NCBI GenBank assembly: GCA_001821615.1
Contig: MHMS01000022.1
Location: forward strand, 1-42,847
DNA from: Candidatus Niyogibacteria bacterium RIFCSPLOWO2_12_FULL_41_13
GTDB lineage: Bacteria; Patescibacteriota; Minisyncoccia; 2-12-FULL-41-13
Length of the DNA: 42,847 nucleotides
Reading direction: 5' to 3'
The notes under the pieces were generated by a model. It was not told where the DNA came from. It did not search any database and saw only the letters and a list, made by a program, of their open reading frames with translations. A program made the position numbers and the translations under genes. Shown one piece after another: positions 8,923 through 17,119 of the stretch; the first letter of the stretch is position 1; every line of letters starts with the position of its first letter.

Positions 8923-9159
8923 TTATTTTATATTCAATAATTCGCCTAATCTTTCCTTGTCAAAACCGATGATAAGCTCGCCGCCAACCTCAATAACCGG
9001 AACGCCCATTTGTTGAGATTTATCAATCATTTCCTGCCGAGACTGCGCGTCGCTGGAAACATCTTTTTCTTCGTAAGAAATGTTATTTTCCTTAAACCAC
9101 TGCTTCGCCATTTTGCAATAAATGCAGGTTGGCGTCGTGTAAATTTTTACTTTGACCAT
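8923..9159 (-). CDS. Glutaredoxin-like (NrdH/YruB-type) thioredoxin-fold protein
   Basis: 78 aa with a CIYC active site after the first beta strand and GVPVIEVGGELIIGFD. Confidence 0.8.
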   Translation of the reverse strand: MVKVKIYTTPTCIYCKMAKQWFKENNISYEEKDVSSDAQSRQEMIDKSQQMGVPVIEVGGELIIGFDKERLGELLNIK

Positions 9160-9169
9160 ATTATTTTAT

Positions 9170-10360
9170 TTATCTTAATTTTATCGCCCACAAAAATTCA
9201 TTGTCCCTGTCTTTAAAATACAGAAAATCTTCGTTCGGCGCAACCTCAATATCCCAGACATCAAACAAACGCTCGTTATAAATCATTTTTGTCTCGCCGG
9301 TTTTAAGATTGATTTTGAAAAATTCGTCTTCCAATTTAACAAGCCCCTGATGCCATTCGTCCGGATATAAAGCCAAAGGGGGATTTTTTGGAACGGCGCA
9401 ATAAACCATATCCGCGTCAATCCGGGAAAACGCGCATTTTTGGGCGAGTCCGGAAAATGTCAGAGCTGAAACTTCTTCTTTTTTTAAATTATAAAATTTC
9501 AAGGTTGGTTTTTGAGAATCGGGGTCATAACCGGAAAACGCGAATTTCTCCCCTTTTGCGTCCCATTTCGCTTCCAATCCGAAAATATCGCCTAAAATTT
9601 TCTTAAAACTTCCGGTTAAAGGATTAAATTGATAAAGAAAACCGGGCGCGATTCCCGACGGCCGCGTCGCCAAGCTCAAAATATCCGACTTTGGAAAAGA
9701 AACGATAAAATCCGCGAAGGGACTGGAATAAATTTCCCGCTGGGATTGATTTTTGTAAGTCGCTCTAATTACCGTTCCGTTTTCCCGATTATCGCCGGTT
9801 GGAATCAGATAAAAAATATTGTCGGAACCGGCGGCATATCCGAAAGAAAAAATGTTTTGAGGCAGGATAAAACCTTTTGTTGAAGTTCCGGAAAATTCCG
9901 CTGAAACTATTTTTGCTTCCTCTCCTTCAAGATATTTAAACAGGGCTTTTTTGCCGTCCTCGCTCCATTTTACTTCAAAAATTTTCGGCAAAGTGGTGTT
10001 GGAAATCAATTCTTTGCCGCCGTTAACCAAGCTTGCTTCAAAAATATGGCCGGTTGCTTTGTCAATGTATCTTGATAAGCCGTCTTTTAACGGCTTAAAG
10101 CCGCTTATCGGTTCGTTCGCGATTTGGATTAACGAGAGAGCCGGCAATTCCTCAATATTTTTTTCTTTGATTTCTTCAATGGCGGTTATTGGAAGAGTCG
10201 GCGGCTCTTGTTTTTTAATTTCTTCGGAGGAAAGGGGCAATTTTGCCGGTTCTTGTTCTTTTTTCAACTGTTCTTGCCCGCCGCGAAAAAAAGAAAAAAG
10301 CATTGTTACGACAATAACGATAATAATTAAAATAATAATGGCGAAATATAACGGCCTCAT
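9170..10360 (-). CDS. Membrane-anchored hypothetical protein (beta-rich, possibly propeller-like ectodomain)
   Basis: N-terminal TM helix followed by about 330 aa rich in beta-strand patterns. It is the last gene of the T4SS-like cluster. Its ATG directly abuts repeat copy 1. Confidence 0.6.
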   Translation of the reverse strand: MRPLYFAIIILIIIVIVVTMLFSFFRGGQEQLKKEQEPAKLPLSSEEIKKQEPPTLPITAIEEIKEKNIEELPALSLIQIANEPISGFKPLKDGLSRYIDKATGHIFEASLVNGGKELISNTTLPKIFEVKWSEDGKKALFKYLEGEEAKIVSAEFSGTSTKGFILPQNIFSFGYAAGSDNIFYLIPTGDNRENGTVIRATYKNQSQREIYSSPFADFIVSFPKSDILSLATRPSGIAPGFLYQFNPLTGSFKKILGDIFGLEAKWDAKGEKFAFSGYDPDSQKPTLKFYNLKKEEVSALTFSGLAQKCAFSRIDADMVYCAVPKNPPLALYPDEWHQGLVKLEDEFFKINLKTGETKMIYNERLFDVWDIEVAPNEDFLYFKDRDNEFLWAIKLR

Positions 10361-10505
10361 ACCCAGTAAGACTAAATCGAATATTTCTTGCTAAATCCGC
10401 AAGTGGATATCCGACTATTTATTATACTTAATTTTAATTTTGCAATAAAACATGTTTATACCACGCAAGAAACTAGATTTAGCATTCGATTTTGTCTTAC
10501 TGGGC
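10361..10505. repeat. 145-bp element with terminal inverted repeats, copy 1 (MITE-like or structured leader cassette)
   Basis: About 96% identical to 12571-12714. Termini CCCAGTAAGACtAAATCGAAT (10362-10382) and ATTCGATTTtGTCTTACTGGG (10484-10504) are inverted repeats. A second helix pairs 10390-10397 with 10476-10483. Confidence 0.9.
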
Positions 10506-11097
10506 ATATTCTTTCAATTAAAACAATTTTCTTGGACGATTCAATTTGCCCTCGCGCGACTTTCAAAATATCCGGATTTATCGTATTGATAATCAGCCAG
10601 GCGGCAAAAGCCAAAATTAATCCGATTATAGCGTTTGTTATCATATCCCTGGCGGCTTTAATTTCCGCTTCGCTTCCCGCGGACGCAACCCAGCGAGCTC
10701 CGGCTATGACAATCATCAAAACCGCCAAAATCGCCGCCGCTGAAAGCATAAAAGGAAAAAGCCACTTATTGAGAAATAAAATAAAACCCACTCTTTCGCC
10801 CCCTTTAATTAAACCGGGCAAGTCGCTTGCGACGCCTGAAGTTTTTGCCCCGCCTTGTCCTCCCTGTTGAATTGTTCCTTTTGATTCTTCGTCCTTCAGT
10901 CTTTGAATTTCCTGCTCCGTTAGTTTAATATCCTCCTCTTTTAAATTTCCGCTTTTTATAATCCTTTCCAATTCTTGAATTATTCCTTGATTGGTTGTTT
11001 GGATTGGGGCATTAACTTCTATTTCATTTCCAAAAACAAAAGACGGGATTAAATAAAAAATCGCAATTATTAAAATTATCGTTGTTTTACTCCACAT
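10456..11097 (-). CDS. Type IV secretion system pilin-like protein (VirB2/TrbC-like, CPR 'T4SS pilin' type)
   Basis: Signal peptide, a Gly-rich linker, then two TM helices flanking AGARWVASAGSEAEIKAARDMITNAIIGL. The last ~16 codons (ICPVRQNRMLNLVSCVV) are encoded by repeat copy 1. Confidence 0.7.
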   Translation of the reverse strand: MWSKTTIILIIAIFYLIPSFVFGNEIEVNAPIQTTNQGIIQELERIIKSGNLKEEDIKLTEQEIQRLKDEESKGTIQQGGQGGAKTSGVASDLPGLIKGGERVGFILFLNKWLFPFMLSAAAILAVLMIVIAGARWVASAGSEAEIKAARDMITNAIIGLILAFAAWLIINTINPDILKVARGQIESSKKIVLIERICPVRQNRMLNLVSCVV

Positions 11098-12088
11098 TGA
11101 TTTTTACATTGGTTTCTTTTGTTTCCAGGGGATTATCATTATTTTCCACTATTAAGTTTAACAAAATGCCGCCCAAAAATCCCTCGCTGATTTTAAGGTT
11201 CAATAAATTAAACGGCGGTTCTTTTTTGGCGGCTACGCCGTTGGCAAACCAGTTATAAACCAAGAAAGGAGAAGAAAAATAATACGGCTCGGCGCGAAAA
11301 TCAATCTGGCTTTGCGAGGTCGCGCTAAAACTCTCCGCGAGCGCCCGGCTGAATTTTGGGCCCTGAAGGGGATGCTCTTCATAAATCAAAACTTTTGAAT
11401 CGCTCGCCGGAATAAATATCGTTTTAACCGCTTTAAATGTTTCTTTTGACGAACTTACCTCAACCCTTGCTTCCTGCCCCTGGAAAGCGATAATCGGAAT
11501 TTGAAATTCAAAACTTTGCCTGCCGAAACCCGATTGCTCCTGAAACAATTCATCGCCTAAAAACCATTTATAAATCAGATTCTTCGGCGAAATTCGCTTG
11601 CCTTCAAGAATAAAATGGGGCTCGGCGACTATTTTGACTTTTGAACGCAAGACGGGAAGCGCCTTGCCGGGATAAAAAACAGGCCTTGAAGTTTTTGCCT
11701 CCCACAATAAATCAACATCGGCGAGAATAAACGAGCGAACCCGTTCCAGCTTGTTTCCCGAAGGAGAAATAACAACTGCTTTTATTGTCTCCTCTCTGCC
11801 AAGCGAACCGGCTTTAAATTGATATTGTTTTTTGCCTGTTCCCTCTAAAACAATTTTGCCGTTATGAATCCAGGTGATTTTTGAACGGTCAAGGTCAAAA
11901 CTATTACTTGCCAAAGAAGCTGAAACTTCCGCGCCGGGAAAAGGAATATCCGGACTGACATCCAATGAAAAATCTTCTCCGGAGAACGAGGATATTGCGG
12001 GAAAACCCATTTGAGCGAAAACAAAAGAAAAGCCGAAAATAATCGCGATAAAAGAAAAAATTAAAACATTTGATATTTGATATTTCAT
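11087..12088 (-). CDS. Secreted hypothetical protein of the T4SS-like cluster
   Basis: N-terminal signal/TM segment and a beta-rich body. It is translationally coupled to its neighbours (ATGA overlap upstream, 11-nt overlap downstream). Confidence 0.6.
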   Translation of the reverse strand: MKYQISNVLIFSFIAIIFGFSFVFAQMGFPAISSFSGEDFSLDVSPDIPFPGAEVSASLASNSFDLDRSKITWIHNGKIVLEGTGKKQYQFKAGSLGREETIKAVVISPSGNKLERVRSFILADVDLLWEAKTSRPVFYPGKALPVLRSKVKIVAEPHFILEGKRISPKNLIYKWFLGDELFQEQSGFGRQSFEFQIPIIAFQGQEARVEVSSSKETFKAVKTIFIPASDSKVLIYEEHPLQGPKFSRALAESFSATSQSQIDFRAEPYYFSSPFLVYNWFANGVAAKKEPPFNLLNLKISEGFLGGILLNLIVENNDNPLETKETNVKINVE

Positions 12089-12570
12089 ATCGGAACCGCT
12101 TTCGCCGCTTTTTCAAGTTTTTCAAGAACTTTTTTGCCAAACAAGTTGTATAAAATAATCACTAAAACCATCGCAATAAAACTCGGAATAAATTCAATGA
12201 CGGGTATTAATTCCGCAATTATACCAGCAAACATCTGAAAGACAAAAGCCGGCGGACGGCTAAGTCCGGCAAGAATCACCCACAACCAAATAACTCCCCA
12301 CATTATAAAATCCAAAATATCGCCCAGAATCGGAATTTGGCCAATCACAAAAATGTCCAAAACATCGTTTGCCGCGGCGAAAAACAGCATCATTAAACCG
12401 GTAACAACTACTATCGCTTTTTTGCTCGCGCCGTCTCCTTCTGATTCTTTCGCTTCCGCCATTGCCAGCGCGCTTTCTCTCTGCTCCAACAAACTCGTCC
12501 TCTGGTCCGACGAACTCAACTTCTGCTCCAATAAGTTCAACGCTCTTTTTTGTTCTAATGGAATTGCCAT
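12085..12570 (-). CDS. Polytopic membrane protein of the T4SS-like cluster (hypothetical)
   Basis: Charged N-terminal 50 aa, then 3-4 hydrophobic helices. Its ATG directly abuts repeat copy 2. Confidence 0.6.
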   Translation of the reverse strand: MAIPLEQKRALNLLEQKLSSSDQRTSLLEQRESALAMAEAKESEGDGASKKAIVVVTGLMMLFFAAANDVLDIFVIGQIPILGDILDFIMWGVIWLWVILAGLSRPPAFVFQMFAGIIAELIPVIEFIPSFIAMVLVIILYNLFGKKVLEKLEKAAKAVPI

Positions 12571-12714
12571 ACCCAGTAAGACTAAATCGAATATTTCTTG
12601 CTAAATCCGCAAGTGGACATCCGATTATTATTATATTTAATTTTAATTTTGCAATAAAACATGTTTATACCACGCAAGAAACTGGATTTAGCATTCGATT
12701 TTGTCTTACTGGGC
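12571..12714. repeat. 145-bp element with terminal inverted repeats, copy 2
   Basis: Same termini and internal sequence as 10361-10505, with about 5-6 differences including one 1-nt indel. It lies between the virB4-like stop (12720) and the next start (12570). Confidence 0.9.
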
Positions 12715-12719
12715 ATAAA

Positions 12720-14558
12720 TTATGTTTTTTCATATTCTTCTTTTGCTTTTTTAATCGCCGCAATTTGGGACGGGTCGGTGGTGATAATCTGGTCTTCGGT
12801 GTAAGAACTGATGATTTTGATGGCGACATGTTTCAATCCGGCGTAAAAAAGCCCTTCGCCGACATCAGATTCAAGAAGCAAGAATTTTTCCTCCTCGGTT
12901 AAATTAAAAGTCTGTTGAACGACATCAATGGAAGCGGGCGACTGTTTCATCAGCAACTGCAAAGAAGAATTGGTCAGGATCGGCTTGCCGTAAGGCGAGT
13001 TCAAAAAATCGCCCACATCCTGGGTAATGGTGGTAAGCCCCAAATAATATTTTCTCGCTCTTTTGGCGATGCCGAACAAAAAAGAAGCGCTGTCTTCGTT
13101 CTTTATCATCCACCACGCCTCGTCAACTATGAGCACTCTTTTTTTAAGCTCGCGGCGAATCGCGTTCCAAACATGATGCATAATCAAAAACATCGCCACC
13201 GGCCGCAATTCGTTCTCCATATCCCGGATGGAAAAAGCGACGAACTTTTTCATCATATCCACATTGGTCGGCTGGTTTAAAAATCCCGCCCAGACTCCCT
13301 GGGTGTATTTTCTAAGCCGCACCGCCAAACTCTCGCCTCCCTCGGTGTTCGTCAAAACCAATTCCAAATCGGAAAGAACCGGAGGAATCGCTTTTGAAAA
13401 ATCGCTCTCCATCGTGATATTTCTCGCCGCGTAAGTTTCGGTGATTGCTGAATCCAAAATGCTGTCTTCTTCGGGAGTAAGACCGCCCAAAAGCAATCTG
13501 AAAAATCCGATGAGGTTGACAATCTGGCTTCGCAAAACATCGGACGGCGATTCGTCTTCTCTCGGCAAAGGAAGGTCAAAAGGATTGATGTGATGGTGGC
13601 TGGCGAGAGAAATGTTGAAATACTGGCCGTCAATCGTTTCGGCCAAATGTTCGTATTCCCGCTCGGGGTCAATAATGATTACTTCCGTGTCAAACATCAA
13701 AGAACGGAGAATTTCCAATTTGACAAAATAGGACTTTCCGCCGCCAGCCACTCCAAGAACAACCGTGTTGAAATTTTCCAGACTGAATCTGTCAAACAAA
13801 ATCAAACTGTTGTTGTGGCGATTAATGCCGTAAAGAATGCCTTTGTTTGAATTCAAATCAAATGAAATAAAAGGAAAAACGCTTGAAATCGGCTGGGTAT
13901 TAAGATTGATATACATTTTAAGAGTGTCCATTCCCAAGGGGAAAACGCTCTCTAGGCCCTCTTTTTGCTGAAACAGAGCCGGCTTTGAATAAATAAGTTT
14001 TGATTCCAGGATTGACCTGATTTCGCTTTCTTCTTTGTCCAACGCCTCTTTGTTGTCGGCATAAATAGTAATGTACAAACCAAACATAAAAAGCCGTTCT
14101 TCGGCTTGCTGAAGCCGGTCTCTTAATTCTTCAAGATTCTGATAAGCGGCGTCCAGCATCGGGTCCCTGACAAACCCTTTTTCTTCCCTTAAATGTATTT
14201 CCGAAAGAACTTCGGCGACTCTTTTTTGAAGCTGGCGCATCATAGCGGCGGTTTCAATCGGATGAATCTGCATTGAAATGTCAAAAACCTTGTCAAGATT
14301 TATTATCGGAAAAAACCAGCCGGTTGAGAGATAGCTCGGATAAGAAAAAATAAAAATCGTCTTGGCTATTTTCTCGCCCAGTTTAAGATAATTGGAACTT
14401 ATCTCCAGGGCCGACGGAGAAATAACATCGTGCAATTCCAAAACCCCGGCCTCGTATATTTCCTCGGGATAAACCGCGATGATTTTCTCCCGCTCTTTAT
14501 CTTCTTCTTTTTTTCCAAAAATTTTGCTTAATATCGCCATAATTTTTAAAATTTTCAA
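12720..14558 (-). CDS. virB4: VirB4/TrbE-family type IV secretion ATPase
   Basis: Walker A GVAGGGKSY and Walker B VLIVDEAW, with a VirB4-type N-terminal domain. The ORF begins at a TTG; the ATG at 14540 (MAILSKIF) is an alternative start. Confidence 0.85.
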   Translation of the reverse strand: MKILKIMAILSKIFGKKEEDKEREKIIAVYPEEIYEAGVLELHDVISPSALEISSNYLKLGEKIAKTIFIFSYPSYLSTGWFFPIINLDKVFDISMQIHPIETAAMMRQLQKRVAEVLSEIHLREEKGFVRDPMLDAAYQNLEELRDRLQQAEERLFMFGLYITIYADNKEALDKEESEIRSILESKLIYSKPALFQQKEGLESVFPLGMDTLKMYINLNTQPISSVFPFISFDLNSNKGILYGINRHNNSLILFDRFSLENFNTVVLGVAGGGKSYFVKLEILRSLMFDTEVIIIDPEREYEHLAETIDGQYFNISLASHHHINPFDLPLPREDESPSDVLRSQIVNLIGFFRLLLGGLTPEEDSILDSAITETYAARNITMESDFSKAIPPVLSDLELVLTNTEGGESLAVRLRKYTQGVWAGFLNQPTNVDMMKKFVAFSIRDMENELRPVAMFLIMHHVWNAIRRELKKRVLIVDEAWWMIKNEDSASFLFGIAKRARKYYLGLTTITQDVGDFLNSPYGKPILTNSSLQLLMKQSPASIDVVQQTFNLTEEEKFLLLESDVGEGLFYAGLKHVAIKIISSYTEDQIITTDPSQIAAIKKAKEEYEKT

Positions 14559-14650
14559 TTTCTAATTTTTATTAAATTTTCAATTTTTTAATTTTCAAAA
14601 TGTTTGTAAATTGGTTCATTGTAAATTGATTGAAAATTGATAATTGAAAA

Positions 14651-15322
14651 TTATTGTATTGATGGCGGCTTCCCCTTCTCCATCTCTCCGGGATTATACA
14701 ATCCGTAAAACAATTCTATCGCTTCTTCGGTGTTTAAAGGAATCGCCCTGACGCTGACGCGGGCCAATCCGGATATTGTTGATTCCATTCTCTGCCAAAG
14801 CTGGCCTCTGTATTCTTCAAATTTCGCTTCTTCTATTCTTTCGGCCCCTTTTTTGCCTGGCCTTAAAAGCTTCATTGCCCCGAAAATTCCTCCCATTATT
14901 CCGCCCGATTTAATTTCCAAAAACGGCGGGGTGTACGGGACGACGACATAAAAAGTTTTGCTGACGATTTTTTCCATCTCAACGAAATTTTTGACGAAAT
15001 CAATGTATTCCTTTGTCTGAATTTTAAGCAAATCGTTAACCTGCTTTTTTTCCGCTTCTCTTAGAAGGTCAAGATACGGCTCAATGTTCAGCCGCCGGGA
15101 AGAAATAAAAATCTGCAAAGAAAAATCCAGAGAATTCAAAAAACTCTGGTAGCCGGCGATAATCGCCTCCTGCTCGTCTCCCGACTTCAAGGCGAAATTA
15201 AGAGCCGAGCACATCAAAATCATCCGGAGAGAGCCGTCTTTTAAAATAATTATTCCGTCCCGAATTTCCTGAATCATAACTATCTCCTGGCTCGGTTTTG
15301 CTTTGGTTGAATCAATAGCCAT
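14651..15322 (-). CDS. T4SS-associated protein resembling the N-terminal domain of Gram-positive VirB4/TcpF-type ATPases
   Basis: The pattern IQEIRDGIIILKDGSLRMILMCSALNFALKSGDEQEAIIAGYQSFLNSL..LQIFISSRR resembles the N-terminus of Tn916 Orf16-like proteins as I remember it. It has no P-loop. Confidence 0.4.
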   Translation of the reverse strand: MAIDSTKAKPSQEIVMIQEIRDGIIILKDGSLRMILMCSALNFALKSGDEQEAIIAGYQSFLNSLDFSLQIFISSRRLNIEPYLDLLREAEKKQVNDLLKIQTKEYIDFVKNFVEMEKIVSKTFYVVVPYTPPFLEIKSGGIMGGIFGAMKLLRPGKKGAERIEEAKFEEYRGQLWQRMESTISGLARVSVRAIPLNTEEAIELFYGLYNPGEMEKGKPPSIQ

Positions 15323-15356
15323 AAATTTAAATTTTAGTCATTGGTCATTTTTTAAT

Positions 15357-15392
15357 TTGGAATTTGATTAGGCATTAGAAATTAGAAATTAG
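15357..15392. repeat. Intergenic heptamer-array module R1 (TTGGAATTTGATTAG-GC-ATTAGAAATTAGAAATTAG)
   Basis: 32/36 identical to 16246-16281. It lies between the PrgI-like stop and the next gene. Confidence 0.9.
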
Positions 15393-15803
15393 TTATTTGC
15401 CCCTGATTTCTTTTTTTATCTCCAGCGACCACGCCAAATCCTTCAACCTGCTTTCCGTCAATTTAGGCAAATTAATCATTCCCTCTTGTTTTGCTCCGGG
15501 AATCTGAATTTCCTTTTTTTCTTTTTTTACCCTTTTCCAGATGTAAAGTTTCGCGCCCGAAGAATAGTCAATCGCGTTGTTTAAAACATTGATAAACGGC
15601 TGGCCGTTCACCTTGTAAAAGGCGAGAGCGACGGCAAATCCGGCAAGCGGAATGACTACGATATAAGCCAGTATTCTGGGAAGAAAAGTCCAGGCGATGA
15701 AAACCAGCGCCCCTCCGCCAATAAGATAAATAAACTGCTTGAATGTAAGCGGCCCGAAAATCTTCGGCTCTACTTCTATGAATTGCGGAACATGGAATCT
15801 CAT
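15393..15803 (-). CDS. PrgI-family (VirB3-like) T4SS membrane protein
   Basis: The N-terminus MRFHVPQFIEVEPKIFGPLTFKQFIYL followed by two TM helices is the PrgI-family signature. Confidence 0.7.
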   Translation of the reverse strand: MRFHVPQFIEVEPKIFGPLTFKQFIYLIGGGALVFIAWTFLPRILAYIVVIPLAGFAVALAFYKVNGQPFINVLNNAIDYSSGAKLYIWKRVKKEKKEIQIPGAKQEGMINLPKLTESRLKDLAWSLEIKKEIRGK

Positions 15804-15810
15804 GTATTTT

Positions 15811-15847
15811 AAATTTCTAATTTCTAATTAACCTAATTTCTAATCAA
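15811..15847. repeat. Intergenic heptamer-array module L, inverted relative to R1/R2
   Basis: Its reverse complement reads TTGATTAGAAATTAGGTTAATTAGAAATTAGAAATTT. Together with 16246-16281 it brackets the four-helix-bundle gene as an inverted repeat. Confidence 0.85.
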
Positions 15848-15874
15848 TAATCAATGATTTAAAATTTTCAATGA

Positions 15875-16246
15875 CTAATTATTTTTGCTGGAACGCACAA
15901 TTGCGTTAAAAATAAGATTTAATTCTTTTGCCTCTTGCCATAATTTCCTTGCTTCTTCTTTTAATTCTAAAATTGTCACCGCTATCATTCTCAGCCAATG
16001 TTTTGTTTCTCTTGCTTCTTTTTTGCAAATTCCAATTTTATGATTAAAATCTTTCTTTGATTCAGCATCATCGGCCTCGCAATAATTAGCTCCTATACTT
16101 GTTCCGGCTTTTACTAACTGATTTATTAATGGTTTTGTAACTTCATTTATTGGAATCTTTTTAGCGAATCTAATTATCTCTTCTCCAAATTTAGCTGTTC
16201 TTTCCTCTAAATCAAAATTCTTTTTTGTTATTTTTTCATTTGGCAT
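15875..16246 (-). CDS. Four-helix-bundle protein (23S rRNA intervening-sequence protein / Avd-like family)
   Basis: Signature LVKAGTSIGANYCEADDAESKKDF..KIGICKKEARETKHWLRM, which matches the S23-IVS family. Confidence 0.8.
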   Translation of the reverse strand: MPNEKITKKNFDLEERTAKFGEEIIRFAKKIPINEVTKPLINQLVKAGTSIGANYCEADDAESKKDFNHKIGICKKEARETKHWLRMIAVTILELKEEARKLWQEAKELNLIFNAIVRSSKNN

Positions 16247-16281
16247 TGGGATTTGATTAGATATTAGAAATTAGGAATTAG
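16246..16281. repeat. Intergenic heptamer-array module R2
   Basis: TTGGGATTTGATTAGATATTAGAAATTAGGAATTAG, a direct repeat of 15357-15392. Confidence 0.9.
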
Positions 16282-16288
16282 TCATTTA

Positions 16289-16915
16289 TTATAAGGTTTC
16301 TCTATACGGGTCCGTTCCGCCGGGATATTTCTCTTCCTTTTTCGCTTGCTCAACTTCTTCTTTTATTTCTCTGTATTGTTTTGGCGCGCGCTGAATTCCA
16401 ATTTCAACAATTTCTTTTTCTTCAGCCGGCTTTTGCTCAATAATCGGAGATTCAACTATCGGAGGTTCAACCAGAGGTTTAACCTCCGAAATTGGTTGCT
16501 GAATTTCCTGCGCTAGGGGCTTAATTTCTTCTTTTATTGTCGGCTTTTCAACCGTCGGAGGTTTAACCTCCGACGGTTCTTCTTCTCCGATTTTATGGAG
16601 TTTTTTGAGCGATTCCCGAACCGGTCCGAAAATCTGCTCATTAACATCTTTGGCGATGCTTTTCGCTTTTTCCGCATCAACCCCCAGCCGTTCAGAAAGA
16701 TTTTTTATAAAATCTTTGGGGTGGGTAAGGCCTAACATCACTCTGCCGATTTCATTACCCAAATCTCCCATTTTGTCAACATATAAGCCGTATTTATTGC
16801 TGATATTCATTATTTTGTCCGTAACTTCTTCGCTAAACATAGCATCCTTTAAATCAGGAGGAAGATTCTTATATCTTTTTATTAATTGTTCTTGGTCAAT
16901 TTGTGGCATATTCAT
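16289..16915 (-). CDS. Hypothetical protein with a helical N-domain and a Pro/Glu/Lys-rich C-terminal region
   Basis: 208-aa ORF within the cluster. The C-terminal half is low-complexity (EVKPPTVEKPTIKEEIKP...). Confidence 0.55.
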   Translation of the reverse strand: MNMPQIDQEQLIKRYKNLPPDLKDAMFSEEVTDKIMNISNKYGLYVDKMGDLGNEIGRVMLGLTHPKDFIKNLSERLGVDAEKAKSIAKDVNEQIFGPVRESLKKLHKIGEEEPSEVKPPTVEKPTIKEEIKPLAQEIQQPISEVKPLVEPPIVESPIIEQKPAEEKEIVEIGIQRAPKQYREIKEEVEQAKKEEKYPGGTDPYRETL

Positions 16916-17037
16916 ATTATTGATTATTTTAATAAATTTTAGTTTTATTGTTTCACACCATATTCATCTCCGCCAAGTCCAGTTTCAGGCTCTCGCATTT
17001 GTGTTCCTTGTTTTTTTGTTTTAACATTGCCGCCAAG

Positions 17038-17119
17038 ATAACTCCCATACAATTCTTCTCCTCTTTTTGTCTTTAGCTAAAATAACTCCCATACAATTCT
17101 TCTCCTCTTTTTGTCTTTA
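17038..17119. repeat. 44-bp tandem duplication at the 3' end of the TrbL/VirB6-like gene
   Basis: ATAACTCCCATACAATTCTTCTCCTCTTTTTGTCTTTA occurs at 17038-17075 and 17082-17119, giving a 44-nt period. Confidence 0.9.
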
